A model generated the notes under the pieces. The model made no database searches and was not told the origin of the DNA. It saw nothing but the letters and a program-made list of their open reading frames with translations. A stretch of DNA of 64,000 nucleotides from Glaucostegus cemiculus (lineage: Eukaryota): positions 15,066,001 through 15,130,000 of the forward strand of contig CDPCPM010000050.1 in the NCBI GenBank assembly GCA_976551045.1. The letters run 5' to 3'. Shown here piece by piece: positions 12,750 through 25,214 of this stretch. The position numbers and the translations under genes are program-made. Position 1 is the first letter of the stretch. Each line of letters begins with the position of its first letter.

Positions 12750-14680
12750 GGTGCATCGGCAACCTACCCATTCCAACACCAATGAGTATTTCCTGAGGTT
12801 TGCTAAGTGAAGTATTCCAGATATTCTGGCCATGGCTCTGTATAATACTACGTGTTCACTTTTGAATTCCAATCCATTTGAGATAAATGCCAATATTAGA
12901 TGAACCATCTCAATGACTTATTGAACCTTTATACTAACTTTTTGTAATCAGTATACCTGAGAAACTAAATCACTTTATTCCTTAACAATTCTAATCTCTC
13001 ACTGTAATGTGCATAACACATATAACACCAATAACGTCTTCTACTTTAATAATGTCACCCTTTCTAGGATCATTTCTTGTGAGGAACTGCCTCTGATGTT
13101 TCAACAGCATTGGCTCTGTAAATTGCTTCATAAGCACTTTTGTTTATAGCTTGACCATTTCAAGTATAGAAAATTAATAACAGTGTTATTAAAACACAAC
13201 CTGAAGGACACTGATCTGTATTTCTGAAGTCCAAAGTGAAAGATGATTGAACACACAACGTGCCACAGTTTTATCCACCATTACAATTTATGACCTTTGT
13301 AACTTCCTGTCCTTCTATTTGCATTGTCTGCAAACTCAGATGTACAATCCCCTGTTCCTTTTCTAAATCATTAACACATTAGGAAGCTGAAACTAAACTA
13401 TGGATCAATGAGATACACCAAATCAGATCTGCCCAATCAGAGAGCACACTTTACATACATTCTCTATGTCCTGTCAAATGTTCCCTCAATTTTTAAATGT
13501 TGTCATTTTTTTTACTAATGACCTTGTGTGAACATTATCAAATGCCTTCAGGAAGTCTACATGCAACATCCAATAAGCACATTGCCAGTCACCTCGGCAG
13601 GAAATGAATTGTATTGGTCAGAAATTACCTGCCTTCCAGAAAAATTACCTGCCAACTCTGAGCTAATGCTTCCTCATGTATTTTGTCTCTCTCCATTCTC
13701 AATAATGCAATCTAACACTTTCCCCTAACCACAACGGAAACTAAACTGCAGGTTCACTGGTCTCTCATGACCTCTCCTCTCAAATAATGGAATGTCCCAA
13801 TCCGAAAGCAGTTCTAGAGTCTAGAGAGTTTTAGGAAATTACAATTAAATAGCTGCAATTTTCAACATTTTTCTATAAAATTCTGCCATTGAGACCCAAT
13901 GACTTGTCCATTTGAAGTTCTAGTGTTTATCTTCATTGCCATTTTCTTTTGCAGATTAAATCCATTTAGAGTCCCCAACATCTGCCACCCAACCCACTAA
14001 TTTTTTTGAGTTTCCTTTGGACAACCTACATTTTGTTCCCTTCCTTCACTGTGAAAATGGATGAAATGTTCTGAACATTTGTGTTGAACTGGTGTGCAAC
14101 TTTCCCACTATCCATTACATACGAGCCACATTTGTGTCACATTTAAATGGACTCACATTCTCTCATACCACTCTCCTTTTAATACATTTATAAATGTTTG
14201 CTATTAGCTTATTTTTCATGTTTACTTTCAGTCCCTCCTACTAGCTTTTTTTTATATCCATTTGTTGACTTTTAGTGCGCTCCAGTCTGCTAGATTTCAT
14301 GTAGCTTTCTTTCACATCACATTATACTTCAACCGTGCACTATGGTTGTAAAACTACACATTTCTAAAAGGCACGTACAGGTACAATACTATATCAGACA
14401 GTTCTTCCACAAATTCCTACTGCTTAATGTGTAGGTTTATCCATTAACAGTGCAGCCTAATTTACTGTGGTCAACGTTTACTTTGTTCTTTCAAAACCTG
14501 CCTTATTTAAAATTCAAAATCTTGGTTTTTTTCTCTCAAATTCAAATCCATTCACATAATGCTCATTATTTGTGAGATGTCTCCTTACCATCAAATTGTT
14601 CGTGAATTCTGATTTGTTATTAATTAAAAATCCAGTATAGCTTGTCCCCAGTGCTATAATCTACAAATGTCGTTGTAAAT
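12750..14680 (-). mobile_element. Highly decayed CR1-type LINE (RT region remnants)
   Basis: Minus strand near 13540-13570 reads GATGTTGCATGTAGACTTCCTGAAGGCATTTGAT (D..DF.KAFD RT motif); other patches resemble CR1 ORF2; boundaries approximate. Confidence 0.55.
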
Positions 14681-16194
14681 TACACTCTACTCAGAATTAG
14701 AATAATAAGCCTCCCAAGAACTAACAATAAAGAACTCAAAAGGAGGGGAAAAAAAGTCCTGCATGTAAGCTAGTAAAGCAGAAGAGGGTCCATTTTCACC
14801 TGAGTACTTAAATGATCAATAGTTTCCATTTACATAGCGCCATAATAAAACTTCTGAATATGCCTCCCAGGAACATAATCAAATACAAACTGGTTCCAAT
14901 CCATTAAGGGATAGTGACCAAAAGCTTCATCAGAGAAATATGTTAAGATGCACCTTTAAAAAAAAGAGTATGGGAGATCGAAAAGCAGAGAGATCTGGGG
15001 AGAAAGTTTCACAGCTTAGAAAGCCAGGATATGAAGGGCCTGCCATCAATGGTGTCACAGAAAGTTGAGGAACAAATCACTAAGGTAACAGGAGTGCAAC
15101 TACTTTGGTTACAGAAATGGAGGAAACAGAGAATTTGAGGTGATTTGAAATATGACAATTGAGATTTTTCTTTAAAAAAAAATCAAAGTATTGCTTAACA
15201 GGGAGCAAATGGAGCCAGGCAAACATGGGAGTGATCAATGAACAGGGCCTGACATGAGCTAGGTCACAAAGAGTGAAGGTTTGGTTGACCTCAAGGTTAT
15301 GTAGAGTAGGAAGGGGAAGTAAAATCAGAAAAGTTCACTAGATCAGACAGCACCTGCAGAAAGAAAAATACAGTTCATGTTTCAGGATGAAAACCCTTCA
15401 TCACAACTGGGAAAGTGAGAAAGCCTGTGGGAGGCTGACCAGAAGTATATTAGAATATTCAAGTGGACAAAAGGTACATCTGAGGGTCTCAGCAGGAAAT
15501 GAGCTGAGGCAGTAGTCAGAGATGAATTAATTCAAACTTAAAATACCCAGAAACATGAGGGAAATAATGGTAGAAGATGTCACACATTCGCATTAATGCC
15601 AAACCTCAATCATTCAAATGTAGGCAAAAAACACAACTTCATTAAAGTCAACCATAGTAAACAGATACTAAAGGAAAGGCAGAATTCCTTATCACATACT
15701 ACTGGACATTATAAGGAGATCTACTTTTCAGCTCTTCCTTTTTGCCTTGTTCTTTTCTTAGAATGAATTAGAGCTTCTCATGCATGCAGAAAATCTTTTT
15801 AACCTCATGGGCTTTTTGTGTAACATTGTTATGGTATTAATCTGCATTTATTTCATATCTCACTGATACCAAAAATGTATTTTTTTTTTAAAGAGTTAGC
15901 TACCACATAAATATTTCCAAACATACAAATCCATTTTCTACACTGAAATTTCAACCCACTCTCCTGCAGCCCCAAAGAAACACCTGTTCTTGGACCAGGT
16001 TCAAACACTCCTGACCTAGTGTTTAGTGATACTGCATTTTGATGCAGAAACCAATTTTGATTACCAATCCGTGCTGTGTTATTTCGTCTCTTGTGGATCT
16101 GAAGATGTATGGCTCTAGGTCAGGGTTATAACATCAGTGCCACTGGTCATTAATGGTTTTTGTTTACTATTGGTTTTAGTTTACTATTTTTGGT

Positions 16195-16632
16195 TTTAGT
16201 TTACTATTGTCACTTGTACCAAAATGCAAGACAAAAACTTATCTTGCATACCATTCATACAGATCAATTCATTACACAGTGCTTTGAAGTAGTACAAGGT
16301 AAAACAACACAGGATGCAGAATAAAGTGCAACAGCTACAGTGAAAGTGCAGTGCAGGCAGACAATAAGGTGCAAGGTCATAACGAGGTAGATTGTGAGGT
16401 CAAGAGTCCATCTTATTGTACAGGGAACCGCTCAATAGTCTTATAACAGCAGGACAGAGGCTGTCCTTGAGCTTGGTTTCAGGCTTTTGTATCTTCTGCC
16501 TGATGAGAGAGGGGAGAACAGAGCATGTCCAGGTGGGTGAGGTCTTTGATTACGCTGGCTGCTTTACTGAGGCAGCAAGAAGTATAGACAGAGCTATGCC
16601 CACAACTCTCTGCAGTTTCTTACAGTCACGAG
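16195..16632 (-). mobile_element. Rex1/Babar-like LINE 3' fragment
   Basis: Homologous to 56350-56900; minus strand encodes RKLQRVV; ends in a short tandem tail (TTTTAGTTTACTATT)n. Confidence 0.75.
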
Positions 16633-17254
16633 CTTAATTGGTTGTAATTCAGTGACTTCACTGGGAAATGTGTGTGTGCAGACATTGTGGGAACTGCCAT
16701 GGATAGTTAACACTCAAAGCTCAACAAATAAAAACAGCCTCCCAAGCAAGATGCTAGAAGGTTGCCATTACCCAACAATATACCTCAGCAAAGAGTCAGC
16801 AAAACTGGGCGCAAAATAAACTGCACTGGTCAAAGGGCACATAATAGTAGATATGTAGAGGTGAAAATAATTGGTATCGCATTGTAATAAACCAGTCATA
16901 TTACATCACAGAGGAGGGATTCAGGTACTTGTATTACTTCTGTTTAATATGTAACACATCTTCCCCAGCTCCTCCTAACCAATGACCTATGGAATTACTT
17001 GCACGTCTCTCTGAAATACTATCTGGCCAGAACTTTTCAAGTAAAATGAGGATGTTAAAAAAAATCCTTAAACCTTTCAGCCTGGACACCAATTCGCCCC
17101 AAGTAAAATTCTCAAATGGTTAAGAGAAAAACCCTGGCTTTTGACATCCTCATTTAAAAATAACTTGCCAAGATATCACATGCACTGGGAGTTAATTTTA
17201 CTTCATGGTGGCACTGGATGCTACTTTTACAGGCATGATCTATTGGCTCTATCC

Positions 17255-17830
17255 TTAGACCCGAGTGGAAACCAAAACACGGGCTGGCAGATCCGACAGC
17301 GACTCCTTTAATTGGTCAATTCCGGCCCAGTTAAGCGACACCCGATACCAGCCAGCCAGCCTTCGGGCGGGTAGATTACCACAAGGACGGAAGGCAGATG
17401 CGGCATTTCCAGTCCAACCTTCTGGCTCCCCGCTGACAAATACCTGGCCGTTTTACGGACAGAATCCACTGAGCCCCCACGGCAGCCGCCTGTGTCACCT
17501 TCACCACGATGGATCGATCGTGAGGCTGCCCTGCCGATATCTGCATCCGATAAGCAGCGGTGGCAGAAAGAGGCGTTAACGCCATGTTCGAAGGTGTGCG
17601 GAAATCTGAAATAAACTGATCGCGGTTTCGGGCCACTTCACATGAGACGCGAGTGTCTCCCCCATCAACCCCGCCCCGCAAATCCCAATTCCATTCAACC
17701 TTTTGCAACTGAGCAGTGGATTCTGACAGGAGCCCCCTGCTCTCGCTAGGAGCTCAAGCAATAAATGGTGAACTACTCAAGGCGGATCAATCAGCTGCGG
17801 TGTCGTGAAAGCTGGAGTCCCGGGTTAAAA
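17255..17830. promoter_or_regulatory. CpG-rich block in HIP1R intron 1 (downstream part of the CpG island)
   Basis: Dense CpGs against a CpG-depleted background, 1.2-1.7 kb downstream of exon 1 and separated from it by the minisatellite. Confidence 0.55.
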
Positions 17831-18129
17831 AGCAAGGGCGGTTTCTTATTTATCTGCAAGTTGTTTACCTTTTATTTCTCTCACAGTACCTGCAGCTTAG
17901 ATTATCCCCTTCACTCCCTGAATTTATTCTAGTGACTGGGCACACACAATTGTACCTACTACCTGAGCTCTACCCTACTGTCTGAGCTTTCTCCCTCACT
18001 CCCTGCCGGCATCCTGACGCTGGGTACACTCTGTTTCATACCTACTGCCTCTATTTGCTCTCCCTCCATTCAGCCTGCTTTCCTTAAAGTGCCTTCTGCT
18101 TGAGCTTTCCTTCCCTCCCTCTATCCTAC

Positions 18130-19005
18130 TGCCTGTGCCCTCTTTGTATTGTACCTGCTGCCGTCAGCTCTCTCTCTCTCCCGGTATTATACCTGCTGCC
18201 AGCGTTCTCCTTCTCTTCCTCTCTATTTTACCTGCTGTCTGTGCCCTCTTTGTATTGTACCTGCTGCCAGCTCTCTCTCTCTCTCTGTATTGTACCGGCT
18301 GCCAGCTCTCTCTCTCTCTCTGTATTGTACCTGCTATCAGCTCTCTCTGTATTGTACCTGCTGCCAGCTCTCTCTGTATTGTACCTGCTGCCAGCTCTCC
18401 CTCTCTCTGTATTGTACCTGCTGCCAGCTCTCCCTCTCTCTCTCTGTATTGTACCTGCTGCCAGCTCTCCCTCTCTCTCTCTGTATTGTACCTGCTGCCA
18501 GCTCTCCCTCTCTCTCTCTGTATTGTACCTGCTGCCAGCTCTCCCTCTCTCTCTCTGTATTGTACCTGCTGCCAGCTCTCCCTCTCTCTCTCTGTATTGT
18601 ACCTGCTGCCAGCTCTCCCTCTCTCTCTCTGTATTGTACCTGCTGCCAGCTCTCCCTCTCTCTCTCTGTATTGTACCTGCTGCCAGCTCTCCCTCTCTCT
18701 CTCTCTGTATTGTACCTGCTGCCAGCTCTCCCTCTCTCTCTCTCTGTATTGTACCTGCTGCCAGCTCTCCCTCTCTCTCTCTGTATTGTACCTGCTGCCA
18801 GCTCTCTCTCTCTCTCTGTATTGTACCTGCTGCCAGCTCTCCCTCTCTCTGTATTGTACCTGCTGCCAGCTCTCTCTCTCTCTGTATTGTACCTACTGCC
18901 AGCTCTCTCTCTCTCTCTCTCTCTGTATTGTACCTGCTGCCAGCTCTCTCTCTCTCTGTATTGTACCTGCTGCCAGCTCTCTCTCTCTCTGTATTTTACC
19001 TGCTG
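18130..19005 (-). repeat. Minisatellite, about 24 units of 29-41 bp, consensus (minus) AGCTGGCAGCAG|GTACAATACAG(AG)n
   Basis: Directly visible tandem CTGTATTGTACCTGCTGCCAGCT(CT)n on plus; degenerate copies continue to about 17880. Confidence 0.97.
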
Positions 19006-19092
19006 CCTGTCGAACTGTTCCCGCTCCGCTTCCAGACTGTGCACCGAGCGGCGGTGCAGAACCTTGGCCGGCACTTGTCTGATGGTGTTCAT
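19000..19092 (-). CDS. HIP1R: Huntingtin-interacting protein 1-related, coding exon 1 (rest of the gene lies left of the window)
   Basis: MNTIRQVPAKVLHRRSVHSLEAEREQFDRQQ resembles the human N-terminus MNSIKNVPARVLSRRPGHSLEAEREQFDKTQ; 93 nt, phase-0 donor CAG|GTAAAA; inside a CpG island; syntenic with CCDC62 and DENR. Confidence 0.93.
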
Positions 19093-19400
19093 CGGGAACC
19101 CGTCTCGGTCACGGCGCAGCCGCTCACTGCAAACGATCTGCCTCTGCTCCCCTCCTCCGGGCGCGCTCCCGCTCCCGCTCGCGCCCGCGCCCAGTGACAA
19201 CCCAGGGCCGGCGGCGCGCGCCCGCGTGCATCATGGGAAAAACGGGGCGGCGCAGCTGGCGGCACCGGCGCTGCTGCAAGAGCAGGGCGGGGGCGGAGCT
19301 GCAAAACTGCCCCCACCGGTACGGTGGCTGTTCTTCCAAAATGCATTCAAAATACAACGTGTACGGTCAGTTTTTAATGGCCACCCTCCTAAGCCGTGCC
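19010..19400 (-). promoter_or_regulatory. HIP1R CpG-island promoter and 5' UTR
   Basis: Very GC/CpG-rich; GC boxes GGGGCGG at about 19244 and GGGCGGGGGCGGAG at about 19285. Confidence 0.8.
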
Positions 19401-19979
19401 CACTTCAGCCTGATCCTAGTTTATTCCCCATATTGATAGATGAAGCATGAGGAAAGTTGCAGGTTGTTGTTCCCCTGCATGCCTCCTGGGACTACAGCCC
19501 CAGAGACGGTCTAAGGATCTGGTCGTCTAACACAGACTGCTTTGGCAAAATGGATGCAAAACTGTTTCCTGTGTGGCACCTGGATGGTGGGTGAGGCATC
19601 AGCTGCAATTCAGCTCTTGAACAAATATTACTGGTTAATCATGCATAGAGGTTGAAGCATTCATCACGCTGGCTTGTGCTATGCAAAGCTTATTTCCAGC
19701 ACTTTCTGTTTTTATTTCAGATTTACAGCACCTGCAAATGTTTATATTATGTTGTTGATCACTGTAAGGGATGAATTAGCAGGACGTGTACTGAAAGATT
19801 CATGAATAAACTTCCCAAAAGACAAAACCCAGCCTCCACCTTTATGTACATCAACATATAAGATATTAGGGATGAGGAAAACATGTTCCCAAATTCAGAA
19901 AGGACAGAAGAGAAACTGTTTTTCAAGAAAATGAAAGTTCAATAAACAAATTCTGGCAAAAAAAATGACAGGAAAATGG

Positions 19980-21350
19980 CCTCAACAATAAACTCGATTG
20001 CAGCATTTGACTTTCAACCCACACATGGAAGGAATATTGTGAGATATTATTGCATTTCCTTGCTCCAAGCATCACTGATGATGAAGATAAACGGAGTATT
20101 CTAGTTAGCATGACGGGAGCCCCTACACAAAACTTAATGAGAAACTTGCTCTGCCTGCAGAAACAATAACAAAAACAAATAGGGAACTAGTGAAATTTGT
20201 TGAAGAATCATTTTAACACAAAGTCAAGCAACAATGTGAAAAGGTTTAAGTTTGACTCATGTTTAATAAAACCTGACAAAGACTGAGAATGTAGCTGAAT
20301 TAAAGGCTGCAATTATGGCAATATATGCTCATAGATATTAAGGGATGGTTAGTGTGTGGAATCAATGACAACCAGAATAACAAGCTTTGATATCACAGTT
20401 GACCTAACCTTCATGTTTTCACTGATAATTGGCCATACAATAAAATGAGCAAGGAAGGATTTGCAAATGACACTGGCAGCTCCATGTGGTTTAAAAGGCC
20501 ACATCACCAAAACCTGTGGGAATAAGCATAATGTAAAGTTAACAAATAAAATGAAAGTAAGAAATTAAAGGTGTTCATAATTTCCTAAGATTCCAGCATT
20601 TGGAGTACATAAAAGAAAGCATTAAGACTGAAATACTGACAAGGAACTTGCAGTGTTTAATGATAAAGAGGTTGACACATGGACAATAAAACCACTGATT
20701 ATTGTCAAAAAAGTGAATGATAGCGACATGACATTTGAGCGTGACACTGGATGCAGTGTTCAGCTGTTGAACCAGACTGAATATGCAGCTGTGTGTCCAG
20801 AAAACACTATGCTTGAAGTCAGGAAGGCACAGCTAAATCTGAAAACCAACACTGGTGAAAGCTTTAAAGTCAGTGGAATTGCAGAAATGACACGGAAATA
20901 GCAAGAAACATGTAAACAAGGAGTTGTTGGAGGCTCTGGACCAAACTTCTTGGGAAGAATTTGGCTGAAAGAAATTCCCCCGGATTGAGCAACAGCCACA
21001 TTACAATGGTTGAAGCTGGAATGATGCAGGTGGTGGTAGACTCATGAAGGGAGTTTCAAAGAAGACCTGGGCACATTGAAGGACACCAAAGCCAAAGTTC
21101 ATGTTGATCCAGATGCCACGCCATGGTTCTCCAAGGCCAGGTCAGTGCCTTATTCAATGAAAGCAAAATTGGAGGCTGAAATTGACACGCTTCTCATAGA
21201 GGAAATAATTGAACCTACAACGCACTCTGAGAGCACCCACTGTACCAAAGCGCCGTGGACCCACCAGGATTTATGGAGATTACAACTGATTGTTAATCAA
21301 GTCACATGCCTGGAACAGTATCTCATTTCTGAACTAGAAAACCTGTGGTT
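19980..21350 (+). mobile_element. Decayed Gypsy-type LTR retrotransposon (gag-protease-RT remnant)
   Basis: Aspartic protease-like MTFERDTG.SV, LKT.TGE.FKV.G, GPNFLGRIWL, then LGTLKDTKAKVHVDPDATP.FSKARSVPYSMKAKLEAEI..L..EEIIEP and ICGDY-like RT start; many stops and frameshifts; no LTRs seen. Confidence 0.85.
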
Positions 21351-21889
21351 TTATCCAGAGAGCAGTAGAGCACCATGTCACCACATATTTATTGATCAGC
21401 TAACACTAGCTTTTTGACAACACATACAAGGGCTTACTTGAAGATGACCAACTACACGTTAGTGATTAATCTGCACACATTGTCTTTCAGTGAACCATTC
21501 AGGGCATTCCCAGGCCACTCTATCTTTTTCTGTCTTGCCAGAAATCAGGGGTGGACCAAGTGCATGGATTTCAGCTTTCTTCATAGTGGAAGATACCACT
21601 GATTAAATGCGTGCCGCTTTGTCAGGGCCTCTGTCACCTTAGAGACACACATTGCAAGCACAAGGGATTCCACTCCCACAACTCCTCGTCATTTGTAGGT
21701 ATATACAGCATCTCATGCAGTGCATTGCCTGATAACATAGCAACAGTTCATTTGTTCTATCTGTATACAGCACACTAGGAGAAGCCAGAGAGCTACTTCA
21801 GGTCAACATGGGCTCTGGAGAGACCACTTGGCTTTTTGACTTTGTTGTGTGGCCCATGTCCTAAGGGCCAAGTCAGATGATATACTGAA

Positions 21890-22680
21890 ATAAAAACAGA
21901 AAATGCTGGAGGTCTCTGTGGAAAGATAAACCAAGTTCTTATGAAGAGTGGCAGACCAGAAAAGGTAACTGTTTCTCTTTGCACAGGTACTGCCCAATCT
22001 GCTGAGTGTTTCCAGCATTTTCTGTTCAGCTTTCCAGTATCTGCATTTTCTTGATTTTCAGATGAGATGCTGTCTCTTAAGCATAGATAGGACTTCTTTG
22101 GAACAATGTATGAGGCCAGACAAATATCAAAGTGGGAGTGAGATTGAGAATTATAGTGACAGGCAACAGTAAGCTTGGGATCACCCTAGCTGAGTGAATG
22201 GAGATGTTCTGCAAAGCGGTCATTCAACCTACACTTAGGTGAGACTGCATTATGAGCACTGATTACAATGCACTAAAGTGGAAGAGGAATAAATGAACCA
22301 CCAGATCAACTGAAGGAGTGTTTGAGACCCTGGGTGAAAAGGGTAGCTATTGCATCTCCTGCAGTTGCACATGCCATGACAAAGGGACTGGGTACTGATA
22401 GTGATGGAAGAGTGAAGCAGGAAGTTGTGGAGGGAATGTTCCCTCAGAATACTACAGAAGGAGGGAGGGGACTATGCTTATGGTGAAAGTGGCAAAAGCT
22501 ATAAACGAGGGTCTTTTGAACGTGGAGTCTAGAGGGATCGAAGATGAGGACAAAGGGAAACCTATCCTTGACCCGGGTTCAGGAAAAGTGGAATCCATTT
22601 GATTGCCTACCTTGTTAATTATGGAGAGGAAGCAATGGTTGAGGGAAATGAAGGCATCTCTGAGGAAGTGAATGAAGTTC
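21890..22680 (-). mobile_element. Decayed Penelope-like element (GIY-YIG endonuclease end plus terminal palindrome)
   Basis: Minus strand near 22200-22300 gives LVHCNQCS*C.L...KCRLNDRFAEHLHS (Penelope EN motif C..C...RL.DRF.EH), adjoining the AAATGCTGG...CAGCATTT palindrome. Confidence 0.7.
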
Positions 22681-22694
22681 AAGTCATTTAATGT

Positions 22695-22960
22695 TAGAAG
22701 TTCAGCCAAGCAAAGCAGGGTGATGGTGCAGGGGTACTGGCTGGAACTCTGTTCAAGGAAGAACGCCACTCCGCTGTGACCTTTAGATGTTGTATTAAGC
22801 CAAGGCTTTATCTGGCCTCTCCGGTGATACAAGTACAAATGTGAAACAGCGGAATTATCCCTGGTACTCCTGACCAATATTTCACCTTCAACCAACATCT
22901 AAATACAAACAATTTGGTAATCACCATGTTGTTGTTAGCTATCTAAATTGGCTGCTGCAG
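22695..22960 (+). mobile_element. DeuSINE (SacSINE1-like) fragment
   Basis: Deu-domain-like CCTGACCAATATTTCACCTTCAACCAACATC...AAATTGGCTGCTG; similar to 23430 and 58765 copies. Confidence 0.55.
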
Positions 22961-23429
22961 AATGACAAGTACCTAAACCATACACCTGTGCACTCATACC
23001 ACACATACAGATGGCTGGTGTAATATGAGAAACAAATTTCTGGGATCTGCTACATTAAATTCAGTAGGAAATTTTCCAAATTTCCTACGTTTGTGTTGCT
23101 TTTTGCCTTCTCCAATTAGCAGGGCAGAGGAACTCCAGTGTATGAAATTGCTCCACCTTGTGGACACTATAGGCATAATCTTTCCTCGTCCTTCCCACTT
23201 CCCCAGAGTTTGCATCAAATCCAGAAGTGTCAGTCCTGGGAGTAAGAAACTCTGAGGTTCCACTTCTAGCTCAAAGGTCACAATTATAATTTGAAGACAG
23301 AGCTGGATATCACATTGTAAGAATCAAATTTTCCTTTTGGGGTAAAAAAGGAAGACCTACACTCTATAGTGCTTCCAAAAATTCAGGTAATCTGATGTTT
23401 TAGTCATATAGATCAGCACCAAATCTGAA

Positions 23430-23730
23430 AATTCGGAGTTCAAAATTCAATCCAATGACTTGAGCAGAAAAATGAGGTTGCAGTGCATTGCAACGCAGAT
23501 GTCTTCTGTCAGACATGACATTAAGGCATAGCCTCATCTGACCTTTTAATTGGCACTATTTTGGAAGAAAACAGAGTAATATTCTTCAGCCAACACATAA
23601 ATAGAAACTATTTGGCCATTACCACGTTGCTAACTGTGGTAGCTCGCTGTACATGTGACACCTCAACAAGTGACAACATATCCAAACTACTTCACTGACT
23701 GTAAAGCACTTTGTAATGTCCCGAGATAGT
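23430..23730 (+). mobile_element. DeuSINE (SacSINE1-like) fragment
   Basis: Box B-like GAGTTCAAA, GACTTGAGCA.AAAA, TGGCACTATTTTGGAAGAA and 3' CTGTAAAGCACTTTG. Confidence 0.55.
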
Positions 23731-24334
23731 GTATTTTCACAACCTTTTTTTTTAAAAAACTCCAACAGCTCCAGTACTTGTATCTCAAAGTAATATCAAT
23801 GACAATTTGCATTTAAACCATGGCTTTAATTTCAAAAATACATTTCAAACCAGTTCACAGAAATGTTACCAGGAAATATTTTAGCAATGAGTCACATAAA
23901 ATAGGTGAACATCGCTTGCTTATTTATCATAACAACTCAGCCCATCTGGTCCGTGCCAGATCCCAAGGGAACAATCCCATTAGCCCTATTTCCCCTCTCA
24001 TTTCCCTGTAATCCTGCAATTTATTCTCTCTCATACTCCCACCAATTCCCTTTTAATTCTTCTGCCATTTACTCTTGTTAAGGAATAGTGAACAGTGGCT
24101 AATTCATGTACCAACCCATCTTTGGTGAATGGGAAGAAACCATAGCATCTGGCAGAAACCCACAGAGTCACAGGTGGATCATACAAACTCCATTCACTGT
24201 CAGGACTGAAACTCAGACCTTGGAGCTCTGGGCAGCTTGGCCAATGTAGTAGATTTAAGGAGCACCTTAAAAGGATGCTGGTCCTTAAAAACCTACCACA
24301 TTAGCTGGTAGTTGATGGACATGCTTCAGGTAAA

Positions 24335-24880
24335 ATGAATTATCTAAACCCCTGACAAGACAACCTGCTGGTTAAGTCAACGTCACCTCCTGACTCCCAA
24401 AGCCTTTCCACCATTGACAAAGTACAAGCCTGGAGTGCAATGGAATACTCATCATTTGTTCGAATGAGTGTAGTTCTGACAACACTCCAACAGGTCAAAA
24501 AAATTCTGGACAAGACAGATGGTTAACCAGCACCCCATTCACACTCCCTTTGTTCCTTCTTCAGCACACAGTGTGTACAAATTGCACTGCGGTTACTCAC
24601 CAAGGCTTCCCAAACCCACCATCTCTAAGGGCAGCAGGCACACAGGAACAATATCACCACCAGTCTCCCTCCAAGCCCACACTATCCTTATTTGGAAATA
24701 CATTGCTGTTTATACATCGCCAATGGAATTGAATCCTGGAACTCACTACCCACCATTGCAGGAGTTCCTTTACTAAAACTGCAGCGGTTCAAGGCACCAG
24801 CTCACCACCAATGCCTTCTCAAGACTAATTAGCAATGGAAAATAAATTCTTGACATCAATACCCACAGCCAGTAAAGTAA
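24335..24880 (+). mobile_element. Decayed LINE RT 3' fragment (CR1/L2 group)
   Basis: Encodes LLTPKSLSTI.KVQ..SAMEYS-like motif; homologous to 49060-49750. Confidence 0.6.
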
Positions 24881-25214
24881 TTGATAGTGATCTTTCTTAA
24901 AAGAACTAAAGACTGCAGCAAACAGAAGGATGCATAATTGAAACAGAAACCAAAAAAACAGCTTAAATATTTCCTTCTGGTAGAATAAAGGATACACTCC
25001 AACCCACAAAGGCAGGAAGTAAACAGACCAACCTGATTACTTATTCAGCACAAGCATAAAAGCAGGTTGTGGTATTGTGACTAAAATATGTGGCTGAGGT
25101 TTCTTCCCAATAACCAACACCATCTTGCCTATATCCCCTCAGATTAAATACCAGACTTGGCAAGAAGATAACACAAATAATAAAATGCACACACACACAA
25201 AATGCACACACACA

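Noticed and set aside
17265-17761. ORFs of 61-110 aa in the intronic CpG block
   Set aside because: Expected in GC-rich DNA; no recognisable homology or convincing splice sites
1-17800. HIP1R exon 2 (expected about AISISKAINTQEAPVKEKHAR)
   Set aside because: No matching segment found by eye; the SVSKG-like hit near 11400 belongs to the RTE LINE; exon 2 probably lies outside the window
18130-19000. CRISPR-like look (constant repeat plus variable spacer)
   Set aside because: Spacers are only (CT)n length variants, the genome is vertebrate and there are no cas genes
18100-19450. Long overlapping ORFs of 287-433 aa on both strands
   Set aside because: Products of a stop-poor minisatellite; only 19000-19092 matches a real protein
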